DNA of 64,000 bases from Felis catus (Eukaryota), in contig NC_058368.1 of the NCBI RefSeq assembly GCF_018350175.1, positions 105,898,001 to 105,962,000 of the forward strand, written 5' to 3'. A model generated the notes under the pieces. It did no database searches. It saw nothing but the letters and a program-made list of their open reading frames with translations, and was not told the origin of the DNA. Below are positions 1 through 11,299 of the stretch, one piece after another; the stretch's first letter is position 1, and each line of letters starts with the position of its first letter. Made by a program: the position numbers and the translations under genes.

Positions 1-684
1 GAGATGCAGAACTTTTGAAGTTCTACGCCTCATACTTTGAAAAACCTACTGTACTCTAGGAGACAGATATGGAGCCTGAAAATCCTAAATTTAAATATCT
101 TCAGGGGAAAAAAAAAAAACAACCTCAAACCATTTGGGAAGAGTTCTTTTAAAAATTTTGTTGACCTGGGTCAACTCTAAATCCCTGAGAGAGTTCCTTT
201 CATATCTATGTTATGTGGCTGTTGAGATGAAACCAGAGATAATAAAGTGGTTTTGTACAAAGGCCTAAGCAAGCTTGATCTTCAAAAGTCCTAAACCTCA
301 TGCAGTCAAAAGCCAGATAATTTACATAATCACATTGTGGTCTTATCTGGACTCTTTTAGGAAAAAGTGGTTTTGAGTTATCTAGGGAATTGCTGTACTC
401 CCCCTTCAGTTTGTATTAATAGACACAGAAAGATAAAACTTCCAAGTATCTCTGAAACCTTTATCATTATTGCCCTTCAACAGAGCCTAGAAGTGGAGCC
501 TAAACTGATGTAAACCGGCTGCTTCTTCCTCAACACTCGAATGGGGCCGCGTCCTAATTACCACTGCTTTGTGGCCACTGGATTCTAAAAGCAACTGTGT
601 GCCCCCAATGACTCAATGCAAAAGCTGGGCCCTGACAGGGGGCCGACCGCGCTGCCCAGGCTGCAATCCCCATCAGGCACTCAC

Positions 685-767
685 GGACAATGCACTGGTT
701 TCCTCCAGGAAGCGTCTTCCACCCAGGGCAACAGTAGGAGTGGAACCTGGATCCGCACACGTTGGGC
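685..767 (-). CDS. FBN2: Fibrillin-2 second coding exon (83 nt; [27 protein letters not shown])
   Basis: CAG| acceptor (AG at 769-768), |GTGAGT donor at 684; phase matches exon 1 (GG+G = Gly); typical fibrillin N-terminal Cys motif. Gene continues leftward beyond the window. Confidence 0.97.
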
Positions 768-1573
768 CTGCGATGGACAAGCGAGGTCACACACATGGAG
801 GGAAGGGTACGGTAACACATTAGCGGTTTTCCCAAGCAAAACCCTGAGTGAGAGGATTTCGGGACAACAAACAAACCAAAACTACACTTCACATTCTTGG
901 GGCTTGGGGCGCAGGCAGGGAAGTACATGGGCTGGAACAGGGGAGGGTCGGAAACGTCTAAACCTTGCTTTTCGTCTGCTCTCCCGTATTGCCTTCCCAA
1001 AGGGCGAAAAGAAACTTAGAAACATGTCATTTGCTACTACTCTAGCCTCCGGATACAGAGAACAAAGGGATCCCTCTGTTTTCAAAAATCCTTGCCCTCG
1101 TCCCCAAATCCGTCCCTCCTCCATCCACTGTTCCTGCGGCCCCGACGTGTCCAGGAAGGCGCGTCGGAAGCTGAAGCGCTGGAGTTTGATTAGACTGAAC
1201 CCTAAGCCCCGAACTGGTCCTCAAACAAAAGGCTCGGGAGCGGCGCCCCCGACGGTGGGGTGCTGGCAGGCTCCACCAGCCCCGACGCCCAGTGGACTCA
1301 AGCCCGCCTCCAGCCCCACATTTGGAACCTGTTCCCGCACCGCGGTCACTGCGCGCGCTCTACCATCCGCACCCGGGGGCCTCCGACCCAACCCCCTAGG
1401 GAGGGCTTTTTGCCCACTGAGCTGCGGAGGAAAAGGGGGAGGCGCTCCTGGGAGTCCTCGGGATTCTGGTGGAGGGGGCCGCGGCTTGAGCCGCCAGAAC
1501 TAGGCTGAGGGAGGGGTGGGATGGAAAGCTGCCAAGGCAAGGGTCCCCCCACCAGTGCCTCCTGCCCACCTAC

Positions 1574-1827
1574 CCTCGGAGCACGTCCTGCTGTCCTCGT
1601 CTGCGGACGCGGCTGGCCGCCGCGGCGCCCTCCTCGCGGTACTCAGGCACCGCGAACCCGCCTTCGGAGCCCGCCGCCGCGGGCCGGACCTGTTGCGGGG
1701 GCGGCTGGGGCCGGGGCGGCTTGGGCGGCGGAGGCTGGGGCTGGCCAGCCGTGCCCTGCGCCCAGAGCGCCACGCAACCCAGCCACACGAAATAGGGCTG
1801 CAGACACAGCCGCCGCCGTCTCCCCAT
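1574..1827 (-). CDS. FBN2: Fibrillin-2 first coding exon (signal peptide, Pro-rich propeptide, furin-type RVRR site)
   Basis: ATG at 1827 reads MGRRRRLCLQPYFVWLGCVALWAQGTAGQPQPPPPKPPRPQPPPQQVR...SRVRRRGQQDVLRG, the recognisable FBN2 N-terminus; 254 coding nt end at a GG|GTAGGT donor (GT at 1573-1572). Confidence 0.97.
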
Positions 1828-2600
1828 CGCGGGCGCCGAGAGCGCGCGGACCGTGGTCCGCGGACAGGGAGTGCTGGGAGACAAAAATCTGTGCGGCCTG
1901 AAAAAAAGTCAGGGTCTACAAAGCCCTCCGTCGGCTCCCGAGACTCCCCGGGGCTCGGGCTCCCTGCTCTAGCGGGAGCCCCGGAGCGAGCGCCGGCCCC
2001 CTGGCTGACGCCGGGGCGCGGGCTCTAGCGCAGCGGGCGGCGAGGCGCGGCGACGGTACAGCCGGCAGCCCTGCGCGGTCCACGTTGCATCCCCCGGGCC
2101 ACGGCCCCGAGCGACTCCAGGACCGCCAGCGGGTGGGGGCGGGAAATTACAAAAGTAACCCGAGCAGCCTCGGCGTAAAGTTACAAAGAAAGCGGACCTC
2201 AAAAGAAAAAAAAAGGCCTGCACGCAGCGCCGCGGCGGATTCCCGTGCGCTCCGGGAACAGATCTTGCAAAGCTGCAAAAGTCACCAGAAAGAAGCCGGC
2301 AAGCAAACAAAAGTCGCCCCCCACGGAAGAGGGTCTCCTCCCGGCTCGCCTGGAGTCCCGCGGGGCAGCGACGCGCCGGCGGCGGCTGAGGAGCCGAGCT
2401 GAGGTGTGCGGGGCCAGGGCGAGCCGCCGGTGAGAGAGAGGGCAGGAGGCTGGAGGCCGGGGAAGATGCGGCGGGCGAGGGTGCGGCGCGGGGTTTTGAG
2501 GCCCGGCGGGGCGTGGGGCGGGCCGGCGGGCGGCGGCTGTCAGTGGGGGCTGGAGCGCAACCGTCCACACGTGGAGCGCAGCCCCGACCCAGGGGCCGAC
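1828..2600 (-). other. FBN2: Probable FBN2 5' UTR / TSS region (exact TSS not determinable)
   Basis: GC-rich sequence between the ATG and the GC-box/CCAAT cluster; upstream limit inferred. Confidence 0.5.
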
Positions 2601-3884
2601 GCACAGTGGGCGGAGACAGAGTTAAGGGGCGAACGGGTGGGGAGGAACAAGGGGAGCTAGGGGCTGGGGGAGGGGAAGAGGAAGGAAGGGGGTAGGATGA
2701 AGGGAGGGGAGAGGACTGAGATTGGGGAGAACGGGGGGGGGGGGGGGCAAGCCGGAGAGGAAGGCCGGGGCTGGAAGAGGGGCTTGGAAGGAGGGATTGG
2801 CGAGCCCGGGTGCGAGAGGAAATGAGCGGGGGATGGGGGCGAGGTTAGAGCGAGGAGAGAAGTGGGAAAGGGGAGGGGGGGCCGGGGGCCTGGGGGCCGG
2901 CTGGAGGGGGCGAGGCGCTAGTCGGCTTTGCTTCCCGTCCCCCTCAATTGGCCGCTAGCTCTGTTTTGACTGTACAAAGCGAGCAGACGACGGGGGAGGG
3001 GGCGGTTAGGGACCGGATTTGGGAAAGGAGGCAGCAGCCCCTTCCCCTCCCCCTCCGCCCTTGCCGGGCGGCGGACCAGGGACGAGGGTCTCTAAAGGCG
3101 CTTGGCTGGGCTAGACCCGCAGCTGAACTTCCCCGTGTCGGGCAGAGGCCACAGGGTTGAGGAGGAGAACGGGTACTCCTAGACCCATACCCGGGGTGGG
3201 GGGATTCGAAGCCAAGCAGGAATAGAGACTTGCGCGGAACTTGGCTGCAACCTCAATCAGAGGAGGCCGGGCCCTCCCCATCGCCCTCCTACCCCCACCT
3301 CCCCACCAGGAGCGGCGTCAGTCTGTGGGACCCGCAAAGGGGCTGGGCGTTTCCAGATTGAAATGTGCCCTCCACCTCCAAGAGGGAGCTCACGTGGCCG
3401 CGGGGGGCCTCGGCTGCGTGCCGGCGCCGCGGTCCTGGGGAGTCCGCGCAGGGGGTGTGCTCGGGAGTGACCCCTGGCAGAGCTTTGCCGGGAGTTGCAG
3501 CCAGAGAGGAGTTAGAGACCCTGAGCTGGCGGGGGGGGGGGGGGGGGGGGGGGAGGGGGCGTTGGACGCAGAGCTGGGAAATGGGTCTTGGGGCAAACCC
3601 TTGGTTTCGGCTTGGACTCATTAATGATTAAGCCCTAGCGATTGGTGCTTACAGGCTGGCGACCTGCCCTCTGAACTCTTAGAACTGCCTCTGCATTCAT
3701 CCGCCTCTGGGGTCTTCCTTTGTGGCCCTGATTTCCTGAGGTCTCTGTAAAGCCCTAGTCATCTCTCAATCCATGGCACTGCATGGTTAAAAATCAAACA
3801 TCCCTAAAAACTAAGGCTGACGATCCAAGCACAGTTTAGGAAACAGTGCAAGAGACCAATGTCTGGATTATTCGGGCCTTGGAT

Positions 3885-3896
3885 GTGTATGTGTGC

Positions 3897-3928
<32 letters not shown>

Positions 3929-3968
3929 ATTTCTTTTCTTTTTTTTTTTTTTTTTTTTTTTTTCTTTC
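3885..3968. repeat. (TG)n microsatellite followed by poly-T
   Basis: Direct inspection. Confidence 0.95.
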
Positions 3969-6007
3969 TGGCCTGAATTGCCCAGATGTGCTATTTGGCA
4001 GCCAAAATTCTCTAAGAATTGGCATAACTCCCTTCTCTATTTTCCAAATGTAGTCAGACAAAGCGTCTGACTTACAATATTCTCCTAAGGCCAAAAAATA
4101 GGTAGGAGTCACATAATTTCATGTGAGACACCAATTTGTATAAATTCAAAGAAACTAAAGACAGTAATAGAGGTATTTGTCAGGCACTGTGCTTCAAACA
4201 AAACCATTTCAACTAAAGGAACTAAATAAAGTATCTCCTGGCTGAAGGCATGTTTTAATCATACTCTTTAAAACATTCAACCTTGCTAAATGGGTTTTTG
4301 TTAATACTTATATGACTTCAGGGTTCATTTCTGTCTGTCACATGAAATCCAAGTGCTCTAAAATTGCATATCCATGTATCCTTTGACTCAACAATACCAC
4401 TTTTAGAAATCTATTTAAAAGATTTACAGGCAAAAAAAAATGAAATGATGAATACACTCATCTGTTCATTACAGCACTATTTGTAATAGCAAAATATTAA
4501 AAACAAAAATTTACCATTAATAAGAAACTGAGTGTAATTTGTTCCATTCAATGAATTACTCTATGGCTGTAAAAAAATGAATGAGGATCTCTGTACAGTC
4601 CTATGAAGTTATCTCTGGAATATACAATTCAGTGGGGAAAAAAAACCAAAGAACAGATAGAAATAGGTAAATCCATTGAGATAGAAAGAATAAAGGTTAT
4701 CAATGGCTGGGTTGCAGTGAGAAGAGAATGAGGAATTATTGTTTAATGGGTACAGAATTTCTACTTAGGGTAATGAAATGTTCTGAAAATTGTGATAATG
4801 ATTGCACAACATTGTGAATGTACTTAATGCCACTAAATTGTATACTTAAATATGATTAAAATGGTAAGTTTTATATTGTGCATATTTTATCAAAATTAAA
4901 TAAATAAAGCAAAATTCAGGTTACTGTGTGTATTCTATGCTACTTTATAGTATGTGAGTGTGGGTATGGGTGCATTTTTAAAAATAGAAGTGTAAACCAA
5001 ATCTAATAAAAATGTTATCTTAAGGAAGGAAGAAGATAGTGAAGAAGAGACAATGATAGAAGCTAGACCTTGGTAAATGTGCCTTGTTTTATGGTTCTAA
5101 CTTTGGAATATGCATATTTTATATACTTAAAGGCAAAATTAAATTTAGAAAGAGCAGTGTCTAAAAATATAAAACAAACTAAAATGAACCTATTTATCGC
5201 ATTGGTGGCATAACTAGAGGAAATAATTATTTAAGGTGATATTTTAACATAATATTTGAAATGTACATCTTTAGTATGATACAATCTAAGGATGAAATGA
5301 ACTAAAAATAAGCCTGAAACTGCATTCAATGGTAGTAATGTGAGAGAGGGAAGGAAAGAGAAAAAGAGGGAGAAAAATATTAGAAATCATGATTTCAGCA
5401 TGAGAAAGGAGATATGAAATAAAAATACAGACATTGTAAGCTTAAATTGAATTATGAAATGCCAATATGAATTGGAACTTATCTTTATCCAAATATGCAT
5501 TTCCTGTTCCTACACATTGAAAAGACCTGGAAGGAGTGACAACCCAATAATAACAGACACCCTTTGTGCCCAGATTATGGTTCCTAAACACCAGTTAAAG
5601 GAATGAGGGCTCCTTGCTTAAGAGTCTGATTTCAGTTTTGGGGCAGGAAGTACATAAGATACGTTAAATCTAGACTATCTATCTTGTCATAGTTGAAAGC
5701 AAGGGATTTATCACTTTGGCAATCATGTCAAAAGGAAACTGAAGCTAACGTGAAAAAAATCCCACTAACCAAAGATGGGAAAATTTGAGGATCAAAAAGA
5801 AAACTGACCACAAAAGATTGAAATATATGAAATGTGTAAGTATTTGAGTTCCAAATGATATCCCAAACAAAAAATAAATTGGTCCCTTTTAGAGGTTGTT
5901 AGGCACAGCTTATTATTCTAGAAATATTGATAAATAAAATAATCATGTGTCCTGATTTTGCTGGATAGACTTAAAGAAGTATTTCTTTAAAAATTATTAC
6001 AATTGTA

Positions 6008-6133
6008 GGGGTACCTGTGTGGCTCAGTCCATTAAGTGTCTGGCTCCTGATTTTGGCTCAAGTCACAATCTCAGGGTTCATGGGTTTGAGCCCCATGTAG
6101 TGCTCCATGCTGACAGTGCCAAGCCTGCTTGGG

Positions 6134-6185
<52 letters not shown>

Positions 6186-6292
6186 TCTCCCTCCCTCCCT
6201 CTCTCTCTCTCTCTCTCTTTCTCTCTCTTTCTCCCCGCCCCTCCCCTGCTCACACACACTCTCAAATGAACTTAAAAATAAAATAAAATAAA
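6008..6292 (+). mobile_element. Can-SINE (SINEC_Fc-like)
   Basis: tRNA-derived head GGGGTACCTGTGTGGCTCAGT, (CT)n tract, A-rich tail. Confidence 0.9.
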
Positions 6293-6416
6293 TTACAGTT
6301 GTAAATACAGGAATGATAGAATTAGAAAAATCACAACTTTGCAAACTGTAATGAAATAATGGACTTGAGCCAGAGTTATCAATAGTTGCTAAAACCATTA
6401 CATCAGGCATTCCAAC

Positions 6417-6617
6417 CAGTGGGGAAAGGGGGTCCATTTTCTCCCCACTGGATATTTGGCAATATCTGAAGACATTTTTTATTGTCACAACAAAATGGGG
6501 GGAGGGCAAGAGAGTCAAAGATACCAGGAATGCTGCTAAATATCATTTAATGCACAAGATAGTCCCCCATAACAAAGTATTATCTGCTCCCAAATATTAA
6601 TTTATTTGAGAAACTCT
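6417..6617. mobile_element. MER20-like hAT DNA transposon
   Basis: 'atttggcaatatctgaagacatttt..ttgtcacaac', 'atgctgctaaa..catttaatgcacaagatagtccccc' resemble MER20. Confidence 0.75.
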
Positions 6618-7309
6618 ATATTAGGTTAACGGTCAAGAGGGGACTTTTTAACGATTTAAGCTGTTACCACCAAAACCTACTGGTTAATTGTTAAATTGCA
6701 AAAAAACAGGACAAACAGACATTATGTGTCTTAGATGCAATACGAGGCGACAAAGAACCACCTGTAAAATATTTTTGTCAGAAAACGTAACCTGAGTTAT
6801 GTAGTCATAATTTCACATTGAACTACCAGTTTTTAGAAACTGTGGAGGGTAGTGAAACATATTAAACGATACTGCAAGAATAGAGTCAACAAGATCTAGA
6901 ATGTAGGAAATACCATAGGACCAATTTTGTTCACATAAATGACATAGATCGAGAAAAGAGAGGAGAACTATTCTGGCCTAACAACCAAATGCAAAACTTG
7001 TAGCTTATCTGGGGTTTTTATTTGAACAAGGGTATAAAATGACATTTTTGAGACAATTTTGGGGGATTGAAAGCTAATTATTAGATATTAAAGATTAATT
7101 TTCAATTTGAGAGGGATGTGACAATGATATTATATTTTCTACTAATATTTTCCTGTATTTACTAAGTTCTTTATAGATGAAATGATAGGATGCTGGGGTT
7201 TGATTTAAAATACTGTGGGACAAATAAAGGCAGGGTTCTGAAAAGTTGGAGTAGATGTACTTTTCTCTATTCCTCTTGCTAAGTATACTTAGCTCAATAT
7301 CCTGAACAT

Positions 7310-10300
7310 TGTATGTAGGAAAAGAAAAAGAAGACTCTAACCAGTGGAAGGAAGACAGCAGGTTGGCTGGACCCCAGGACCTAAGGAGTGACATGGACGT
7401 GAGTTCCTTGAGTTTTCATTTTGCCTCATATCCTGGACTAGGTGCTGGAAAAGCTCGAGACCTGGAAATCCCAACTGGCACAGACAAAAAAAAAAAAAAA
7501 AAAAAGCCTCCAAGAAGACCCTGCACTTTCTTGCCAAAAGTCAGGAAGAGTATACACTAGCAAGACAAAAAAAATTTATAGACAATAACTGCTCTACAAC
7601 CAGCCAAACATCACAGAAAAAAATGTGGTCACCCTGCATCAGCAAAGGCCAAGTGGAGAGTTTAAACTTTCATCCTCACCAGGCTATAGAAAGGTATTCC
7701 TCCCCTTCTCCCATAGTAGTGTCAGAGACGTTTAGATAATGAGCCACTTTCTGTGACATCCCCCAATGGTGCAATGGAAAACCTGGACTTCCACTTCTAC
7801 CTAACAGTAATGAACTGCCCTGTCCACTGGTATTAGAGGAGCCAGCAAGTAGTGAGTCAGGACTTTTATCATTCCCCAAGTCTCCCTCCCAGCCAAAGTG
7901 GTATAGTAGAGGTTTTGTGGGAAGCCAGTACTCCCATCCCTCACTAGCAATCAAAAAATACTGAACACTGGGTGCCTGGGTGGCTCAGTCAGTTGAGTGT
8001 CCGACTTCGGCTTGTGGTCATGATCCTGCGGCTTATGGGTTCAAGCCTCACATCAGGTTCTGTGTTGACAGCTCAGAGCCTGGACCCTGCTTTGGATTCT
8101 GTGTTTCCCTGCCCATCCCCTGCTCATGGTCTGTGTCTCTTTCTCTCTCTAAAAAATAAATAAATATTTTTTAAAAATACTGAACACAAAGAGAAAATAG
8201 AATGAAAAACAAACCAACAACCAGAGTTTCAGGGACCTGTGAAACTATAACAAAAAATCTAACATTCAGTCATCAGAATCTCAGAAAAGAAGAAAGAGGA
8301 CTCTAAGAAGTGGAAGGAAGACAGCTGCTGAACAACTATTTGAAGAAATAATGGCTGAAAATTTGCCAAATTTGGCAAAAAACATAAACATAGACCTACA
8401 GATTCAAGAAGCTAAGTGAATTCCAAACAGTATATCTCAGAGGAATCCACATCATCATTCAGCACAAGAGAAAGGATACCTTACTGGTATCAAATCAAAA
8501 CAACTCAAATGACAGAAGATTTCTCATCAGAAACCATGGAGGCCAGAAGGAATTGGCACACATTTCTCAAGTACTGAAAAAAAAAAATTGTTAATATAAA
8601 ATTCTATCCCTAGAGTGAATATCCTTCAGGAATGAAGGGGAAATCAAGATATTCTCAGATGAAGGAAACAAAGAGGATTTGTCTCCAGCAGATCTACCCT
8701 AAAGAAAAATCTCTTTAAAAAACAACAGAGAAAATCAAGGTAAAAAGTTGGTTCATTGAAAAGATCCATAAAGTCAATAAACCTTGCTTTCAGGCAAACA
8801 AAGAAAAAAAGAGAATACACACTAGTTACTAATATCAGAAATAAAAGACAGCCATCATTACTTATCCCAAGGACATTAAAAGAATAATAAGGAATAGTTT
8901 GAACAGCCCTGCTGAAAATTTGATTACTTAATGAAATGGACTAATACCATGAAAGACACCAGTTATCAGAACTCACAAAAGGATAAATAGATAATTTGAA
9001 TCAATCAATATTTATTTTAAAAATTGAATTAATAATGAATAACTTTCCAAAAGAAATTCCTCGCTGATATGGTTTCTACAAGTCTACTGGAATTGTAACG
9101 AATATTTAAGAAACAAATTATACCAATTCTGTATACTCTCATCCAGGAAATAAAAGTAGTGGGAACACTTCCTAAACTCATTCTATGAGACCTGCATTCC
9201 CCTAACATCAAAACAAGGTAAGGAAATTATAAGAAAATAAAATTACAGACTAATATTACATGAACATATATGCAAAAAAATCCTCAACAAAATTGTGGCA
9301 AATTGAGTCCAATGATGTATAAAAAGAATTATACACTATAATCCATGGAGATGTATTCCATGTATGCAAGACTGGTTCGGAATTCAAAACTCAATATATG
9401 CACGGGCACCTGGATGGCTCAGTGAGTTAAACCTGCGACTCTGGCTCAGGTCATGATCTCACAGTTTGTGAGTTTGAGCCCCTCATTGGGCTCTGTGCTG
9501 ATGGTGCAGAGCCTTCTTGGGATTCTCTCTATCTCCTTTTCTCTCTGCCTTCCCACACCCCCTCAAAATAAATAAATAAACTGAAAACAATCAATTTATG
9601 TATTCCACCACATCAATAGGCTAAAGATGAAAAATCTTCTGATTGTATCAACAGATGCAGAAAAAGCATCGGATAAAACCTAGTACCAAACCACGAAAAA
9701 AAAACTCTCCACAGTCTAGAAATATAGGGAAATGTTCTCAACTTGATAAGTAAGACATACAAAGAACCTAGAGCTAACCTGATATTTAAAGGTGATAACT
9801 GAATACTTTCCCTTAAGATTGGGACCAAGGCAAGGATGTCCCTTCCCGCTAATTCTATTTACCACTGTACTGGAATAAATTAAGGAAAGGAAATAAAAGT
9901 TATATAAATTGGGAAGGAAGAAATAAAACGGTCTTTGTTCACAGATGACATAATGTCTGTCTTGAAAATTCCAAAGACTCAAAAAAAAAAAAAAAAACTC
10001 GTGGAACTAGTAAGTGATTATAGTAAGTTTACTTACAGGCTACAAGGTTGATATAGACAAATTGATTGCTTTCCTATATATCAATGAATAACTGACCCAA
10101 AAAAATACATATGTATCCAACAAAATATGTACAATATCTATGTGAGGAGAATTTCAGAACTCTGAAGGAAGAATTAAAAGAAAATCTAAATAAGTGGAGA
10201 GATTGTCCTTGTCCATGGATAACAAGACTCTATATTGTTAAGACGTCAGTTCTTCTTGACTTGGTCTATAGATTCCACCCAATGCCAGTTAAAATCCCAG

Positions 10301-10470
10301 CAATCCCATTTTATTGTGGATATCAATAAACTGATTCTAAAGATTGTAAGAAGAGGCTAAAGACCCAGGATAGCCTACACAATACTGAAGGATAGTGAGA
10401 GGATCAATGCTATCCAACTTCAAGATTTACTATAAAAGCTACAGTCATCAAGATAGTGTGGCATAAGAAC
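7310..10470 (+). mobile_element. Old L1 with 5' UTR/ORF1/ORF2 remnants, containing Can-SINEs at ~7969-8170 and ~9404-9582
   Basis: ORF1-like 'tttgaagaaataatggctgaaaatttgccaaatttggc', ORF2-like 'tcaacagatgcagaaaaagca', 'ttcacagatgacataat', 'tccatggataacaagactctatattgttaag'; frames broken. Confidence 0.85.
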
Positions 10471-10760
10471 ATGTGGGTGTTCTTATATTCCTCTAATTTT
10501 GTGTGTATTTGAAGGCTTTCATAATGAAAAGGGTTTTTTTGTTTTGTTTTTTGTTTTCTTTTTTTTATGGTACACACTGGTCCCTGAGAGCCTTCCTCAT
10601 CTTTCCTCTTCTCTGTGTTTTCTCGCTTCCTCTAATAATCACAAACTTAATCCACACTCTAGATTTTGTCAATTTTACTGATTTCCTGTTCCCCAAATCA
10701 GTAATTTGCTTTCATCATTTTCTTATTCCTTATGTTTTCCTTTAAAAATACATGGTTTAA

Positions 10761-10887
10761 ACATTGGGGTACATGTGCCCCTGTGAATCAGCATGAACCA
10801 CAGGAATCTACCCCCAAAACCAAGAGCACACTTTACACACTGTATGTTAGTCAATTTGACAATAAATTATATTTTAAAAAATAAAAT
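10761..10887 (+). mobile_element. Tiny carnivore L1 3'-end insertion with 5' inversion
   Basis: 17-bp TSD AAAAATACATGGTTTAA (10744-10760 / 10888-10904); sense L1 3' UTR end plus ~33 bp antisense L1 piece. Confidence 0.85.
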
Positions 10888-11055
10888 AAAAATACATGGT
10901 TTAATTTTCTAGTTCTTGTTCAGATTTTTTAGTCCAATGCTTAATTTACTTAGATCCCTTTTTAATTTCTTAAATGTGTAAAACTGTGAGTGCTGTCTGA
11001 GCTCAACTTTAGATAATCCCTAAATTTTGTGATATATGATGTATTCATTATCTTT

Positions 11056-11294
11056 ATTTTATAAACTTTATTTTGAAAAAAAAATTTTTTTCAACGTTTA
11101 TTTATTTTTGGGACAGAGAGAGACACAGCATGAACGGGGGAGGGGCAGAGAGAGAGGGAGACACAGAATTGGAAACAGGCTCCAGGCTCCGAGCCATCAG
11201 CCCAGAGCCCGACGCGGGGCTCGAACTCCCGGACCGCGAGATCGTGACCTGGCTGAAGTCGGACGCTTAACCGACTGCGCCACCCAGGCGCCCC
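11056..11294 (-). mobile_element. Young Can-SINE (CpG-intact)
   Basis: Nearly identical to copies at 50871 and 52729; retains CpGs. Confidence 0.95.
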
Positions 11295-11299
11295 AAACT

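Larger units (their letters stand above)
1130..3560. promoter_or_regulatory. FBN2: CpG island spanning FBN2 promoter, 5' UTR, exon 1 and part of intron 1
   Basis: Very high GC and CpG density against an AT-rich background; GC boxes (GGGCGG, e.g. ~2608-2613, ~2999-3005); CCAAT boxes on the minus strand (ATTGG at ~2721, ~2796, ~2947). Confidence 0.9.
4320..7270 (+). mobile_element. Old L1 (L1M-type) 3' region fragments, interrupted by a SINE and MER20
   Basis: L1 3' motifs such as 'aataccacttttagaaatctat', 'gcactatttgtaatagcaaaa', 'tgcacaacattgtgaatgtacttaatgccactaaattgta'. Confidence 0.7.

Noticed and set aside
1828..1884. 19-aa N-terminal extension of FBN2 from a TTG
   Set aside because: ORF-caller alternative start; the ATG at 1827 gives the known signal peptide.
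616..3631. Many long ORFs (e.g. 616-1503 +, 295 aa; 1969-2604 -, 211 aa)
   Set aside because: Stop-poor CpG-island sequence, mostly non-ATG starts, no recognisable domains; only the two FBN2 exons are supported.
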